Source: a virus (lineage: Duplodnaviria > Heunggongvirae > Uroviricota > Caudoviricetes). Taken from it: DNA of 18,152 nucleotides. How positions within the stretch are numbered: the first letter of the stretch is position 1; every line of letters starts with the position of its first letter. The DNA is taken from the IMG/VR virus record IMGVR_UViG_2645727555_000018, positions 1-18,152 of that record. The stretch is one strand, 5' to 3'. Position numbers and translations under genes: made by a program. The notes beneath the pieces were generated by a model. That model did not search any database, had not been told where the DNA came from, and saw nothing but the letters and a program-made list of their open reading frames with translations. This document shows, one piece after another, positions 15,305-18,152 of the stretch.

Positions 15305-16990
15305 TCATTTAACGCGTTTGAAAACGTATACGCTGACTGTGATCCCTGTGTCTTCAAACTCGTTGGTAAACGACTTCCCTCTGGCATAAACGTAATTATC
15401 CATCGTCATCCAGTCCAGTATTGGTGCAGTGCCCGGCAATACTGCTACAAGACGCCCGCCGACTTTCAGATGCCCCAGCGCAGCCATCGTGTGCTCTCTA
15501 TGACGACCAAGCGAGTACGGCGGGTTCATAACGATTTTGTCGAACTGATAACCTGCGTTGTCCTCAGACCACTTTATGAAGTCGCAGCAAATCGTGTTCG
15601 TATACCCTTTTCCACGCAGGATATCAGCGAAGAGAGGTGCGATTTCTATGCAGGTAACATCTTCCAGATCGGCGTTAATATAGGCCAGAAGATCCCCACG
15701 TCCGGCTTGAGGCTCCAGCAGCTTCTCACCAGACTTCAATTCAGTGGCTCTGGCAACGTACTCAGCAATCAAGCGTGGGGTAGGGTAGAACTGGTGTGAT
15801 TTAGTATCCGGTATTAAACCGGTAGCCACAATCGTATTTAGCGTATGGCCGATGTCATACGGGAACTGCCAGTGCTTTTTCTCCTGCACGCCGCCAATGA
15901 AGCTCAGTGTGCGCTCAAGCTCTTCCACCTGCGACTTCTGGAGAGCTGAATCAGAGAAGTACCATACGCCTTTGTCTTTGCTCAATCGCCCGTCACGAAG
16001 CGCAGTGCGAACCGGCACGGAGATCGTCTTCTGGATTAACCCGAACTGCTTTGGTGCCCGTGTTTTTGGCGCAGTTCGGCATGGCGCGGGGATTGCAGCA
16101 GGCATACTGTAAGCCAGCACCTCATTCAACTTCCAGGCCACGTCAGGATGTATTTCAAAGTGAACGTTGCCGTTCTTGAACATCTTCACGCGCATCAGAT
16201 TTCCATCGACGTTCATCCAGTCACCGGTCTGGCAGTCGTTTGCCCTATACGCAGCTGATAGCACCTCAGCAGTGCGGTTGATGGTAATAAATTCTTTGTG
16301 CGCGAAGAAATGAAGCAAGACACGCAGATCGTCGATGTAGTCCTCTTTGCGATAGTTCACGCTAACGCTGTCCCGCCAGAAATCAGAAATGCAGTCAGCG
16401 ATTATCAGCCGCTCGCTGAAACCGTTTGTCTTATTTGTCTTGTGCGCAGGACTCAGCGCCTTAAACAAGCCATACACGCGCTCAGAGAGATATTTGTGCC
16501 TGTCATTCAGCAAATTAAGCATCGTGGGTATGACCGTTTCTGCTTTGAACTCCGGTACACCAACGAACTCTTTAACCTTCATCTGGTAGCCGGTTCTGTC
16601 AGTTTTGATGACTTCCTGTTTGCCCTCTATAAACTGCTCGCGCCACTCATCTCGACGGGAAGCTGGCATGATCAGCAAAACGTTAGTCATGTCCGTGACC
16701 TTCCTCCAGTACTCGGCCCAAATATTCTGTTTCACCCATTCCAGATCGACTTTATCCAACCAACCTCGATTTAAACGCGAGCGATCTTCATCTGGTCGAT
16801 GGTTTAGTCTCAGCAGGCGATTAATCATGTTGTGGCGTTCGTCGCCATAAACGAAGTCGTGTACCTGATACATGAAGGCGATCTCTTTCTCGCACTCGGC
16901 CACGATTTCGTGGATGACATTCATTTCCTGACGATAGTCGATAGCCGTGTTTGAGCTGGCATCGTCGATGATAGAAAGGGCTGTATTCAT
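15305..16990 (-). CDS. putative N6-adenine DNA methyltransferase (gamma-class motif order) with about 400-aa N-terminal extension; no obvious partner endonuclease
   Basis: C-terminal FYPTP, then LEPQAGRGDL (AdoMet motif I), then IVMNPPYS (motif IV) about 60 aa later. Confidence 0.75.
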   Translation of the reverse strand: MNTALSIIDDASSNTAIDYRQEMNVIHEIVAECEKEIAFMYQVHDFVYGDERHNMINRLLRLNHRPDEDRSRLNRGWLDKVDLEWVKQNIWAEYWRKVTDMTNVLLIMPASRRDEWREQFIEGKQEVIKTDRTGYQMKVKEFVGVPEFKAETVIPTMLNLLNDRHKYLSERVYGLFKALSPAHKTNKTNGFSERLIIADCISDFWRDSVSVNYRKEDYIDDLRVLLHFFAHKEFITINRTAEVLSAAYRANDCQTGDWMNVDGNLMRVKMFKNGNVHFEIHPDVAWKLNEVLAYSMPAAIPAPCRTAPKTRAPKQFGLIQKTISVPVRTALRDGRLSKDKGVWYFSDSALQKSQVEELERTLSFIGGVQEKKHWQFPYDIGHTLNTIVATGLIPDTKSHQFYPTPRLIAEYVARATELKSGEKLLEPQAGRGDLLAYINADLEDVTCIEIAPLFADILRGKGYTNTICCDFIKWSEDNAGYQFDKIVMNPPYSLGRHREHTMAALGHLKVGGRLVAVLPGTAPILDWMTMDNYVYARGKSFTNEFEDTGITVSVYVFKRVK

Positions 16991-17040
16991 AATTACACCA
17001 TTAAATAATTTGTTTTCTGATTGGTGTAATTATCGCAAAC
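16991..17040 (-). promoter_or_regulatory. promoter/operator module for the methyltransferase operon: TGCGATAAT extended -10 plus dyad
   Basis: Minus strand reads TTGCGATAATTACACCAATCAGAAAACAAATTATTTAATGGTGTAATT then ATG. A 10-bp inverted repeat AATTACACCA/TGGTGTAATT (16991-17000 / 17022-17031) brackets the dyad and abuts the start codon. Confidence 0.45.
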
Positions 17041-17090
17041 TTGAAAAGGCATAAAAGCTGCATTCATAGGCGTTACAGCAGATTTAAGGC

Positions 17091-17114
17091 GTAAAAATGG
17101 GGGCTTTCGCCCCC
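17091..17114 (-). terminator. intrinsic terminator after gene 17132..17698
   Basis: Stem GGGGGC/GCCCCC with loop TTTC, followed on the minus strand by AUUUUUAC. Confidence 0.6.
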
Positions 17115-17131
17115 TGTCGACTGGTGCAGTA

Positions 17132-17698
17132 TTAGAGTGCGTATTGCGTTTTGTGCGGCTGCTTATTCAAGTCATGGCGATGCGTGAGCTCCCGCATCAT
17201 GTCTTCAAGGCGACTCTTTGTGTCGTCGAGCTGGTCGGCCATTGCACCTAAAAGCTGGCGAACGGCCATCGGATCGTCGCTGTTTAGTGATGGCATTTTA
17301 TAACCTGCTTTAGAAGACATAAGGTTGATTGCAGACATCAACATCGTTAGAGAGGATTTAAGCCCGGCAATTTCACGATCTTTGCTGGCAATAATCGTCT
17401 CACTTTTGTTACCGTCATCAGTTCCTTGAGTCTCGCTCACCATATCCAAAGTCGCTTGCAACTTATCAGCTCTCTCTTTTTCAGCAAGGTAATGAACACC
17501 GAAATGGTGTGCCAAAGCTACAATCTGAGTTGGCTCTTCAAAGGTGGAATTAAAATTAAGTATTGTAAACAGTCTCTCAAATATGGAAACGTCTTCTATT
17601 CCTCGAAGAATGGATAACATTTTGACAAGTTCATTAGCATCCATTTCTTCGAATAGGGCGTTTTGTTCATCAGCTATTGCTTTGCATTTCTCGCACAT
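17132..17698 (-). CDS. hypothetical protein (188 aa) with N-terminal CxxC
   Basis: AAGGA SD; promoter module upstream; terminator downstream. Confidence 0.55.
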   Translation of the reverse strand: MCEKCKAIADEQNALFEEMDANELVKMLSILRGIEDVSIFERLFTILNFNSTFEEPTQIVALAHHFGVHYLAEKERADKLQATLDMVSETQGTDDGNKSETIIASKDREIAGLKSSLTMLMSAINLMSSKAGYKMPSLNSDDPMAVRQLLGAMADQLDDTKSRLEDMMRELTHRHDLNKQPHKTQYAL

Positions 17699-17755
17699 GT
17701 GTTTTCCTTAATGCTTAAACAAGTTGTTTTCTTATTGGTTTTATTGTGATGTGGC
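17699..17755 (-). promoter_or_regulatory. promoter/operator module (dyad AAACAAGTTGTTTTC)
   Basis: Plus strand AAACAAGTTGTTTTCTTATTGGTTTTATTGTG; same family as 1915..1970. Confidence 0.4.
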
Positions 17756-17837
17756 ATATAAGGGGAGCAAGCTAAACGTAAAGGTGCAAACTCTCTATTT
17801 CGGTCAACGAAACACAAGGGCCAAATGGCCCTTGTCA

Positions 17838-17996
17838 TTAACACTTTGCTTTACGAACTAACGGATAAGCGAAGTAGATCGCCAAACCAATGAGGACGCC
17901 ATCAGAAATGACAGACATCATCTTTCCCGTAAAATCCACCAACACCGCCATCACCAGAAGAGCAATGACGATCACAAGCCGGAATCTCTCAAGCAT
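17838..17996 (-). CDS. small hydrophobic membrane peptide (52 aa, two predicted TM segments)
   Basis: Hand translation gives MLERFRLVIVIALLVMAVLVDFTGKMMSVISDGVLIGLAIYFAYPLVRKAKC. Start overlaps an upstream frame as TAATG. Hairpin CAAGGGCC/GGCCCTTG follows the stop. Below the 60-aa ORF-track cutoff. Confidence 0.35.
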   Translation of the reverse strand: MLERFRLVIVIALLVMAVLVDFTGKMMSVISDGVLIGLAIYFAYPLVRKAKC

Positions 17997-18152
17997 TAGA
18001 GATAAGCATCCAGTGACAACTGAAGCGCCTGGGCGATCTTTTTCAGTGCCTGCTCTTCTTGTTCATCGATAGGAATTAAAACCCCAAAAAGATTAAAAAA
18101 ACATCACAAAACGGATGTTTCTTCAACACCACTTTTGCTCATATGAACGGAA

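Overview
Escherichia-like enterobacterial DNA. The core of the window is the divergent housekeeping pair metG (5308..7341, minus) and apbC/mrp (7499..8599, plus). Both flanks (1..5250 and 8600..18152) are accessory, prophage-like and almost entirely minus-strand. They are built from short transcription units: a conserved promoter/operator module (dyad AAACAAnTTGTTT next to an extended -10 such as TGnGATAAT), then an SD and gene(s), then an intrinsic terminator. Left flank: four small hypothetical genes, one of them apparently split at an A6 tract; a ~0.9 kb ORF-free, strongly G+T-skewed segment that ends in a minus-strand terminator and sits beside six ~22-bp tandem repeats; and an AT-rich 409-aa zinc-ribbon protein. 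Right flank: a standalone umuD'/humD-like gene behind a perfect LexA box; a structured noncoding stretch with direct repeats and back-to-back terminators; an 8-gene translationally coupled operon led by a RelA/SpoT-type HD hydrolase; an orphan N6-adenine methyltransferase; and a 52-aa membrane peptide. No tRNA, rRNA, CRISPR array, integrase or transposase was found. All family assignments rest on motifs read by eye, not on database searches.
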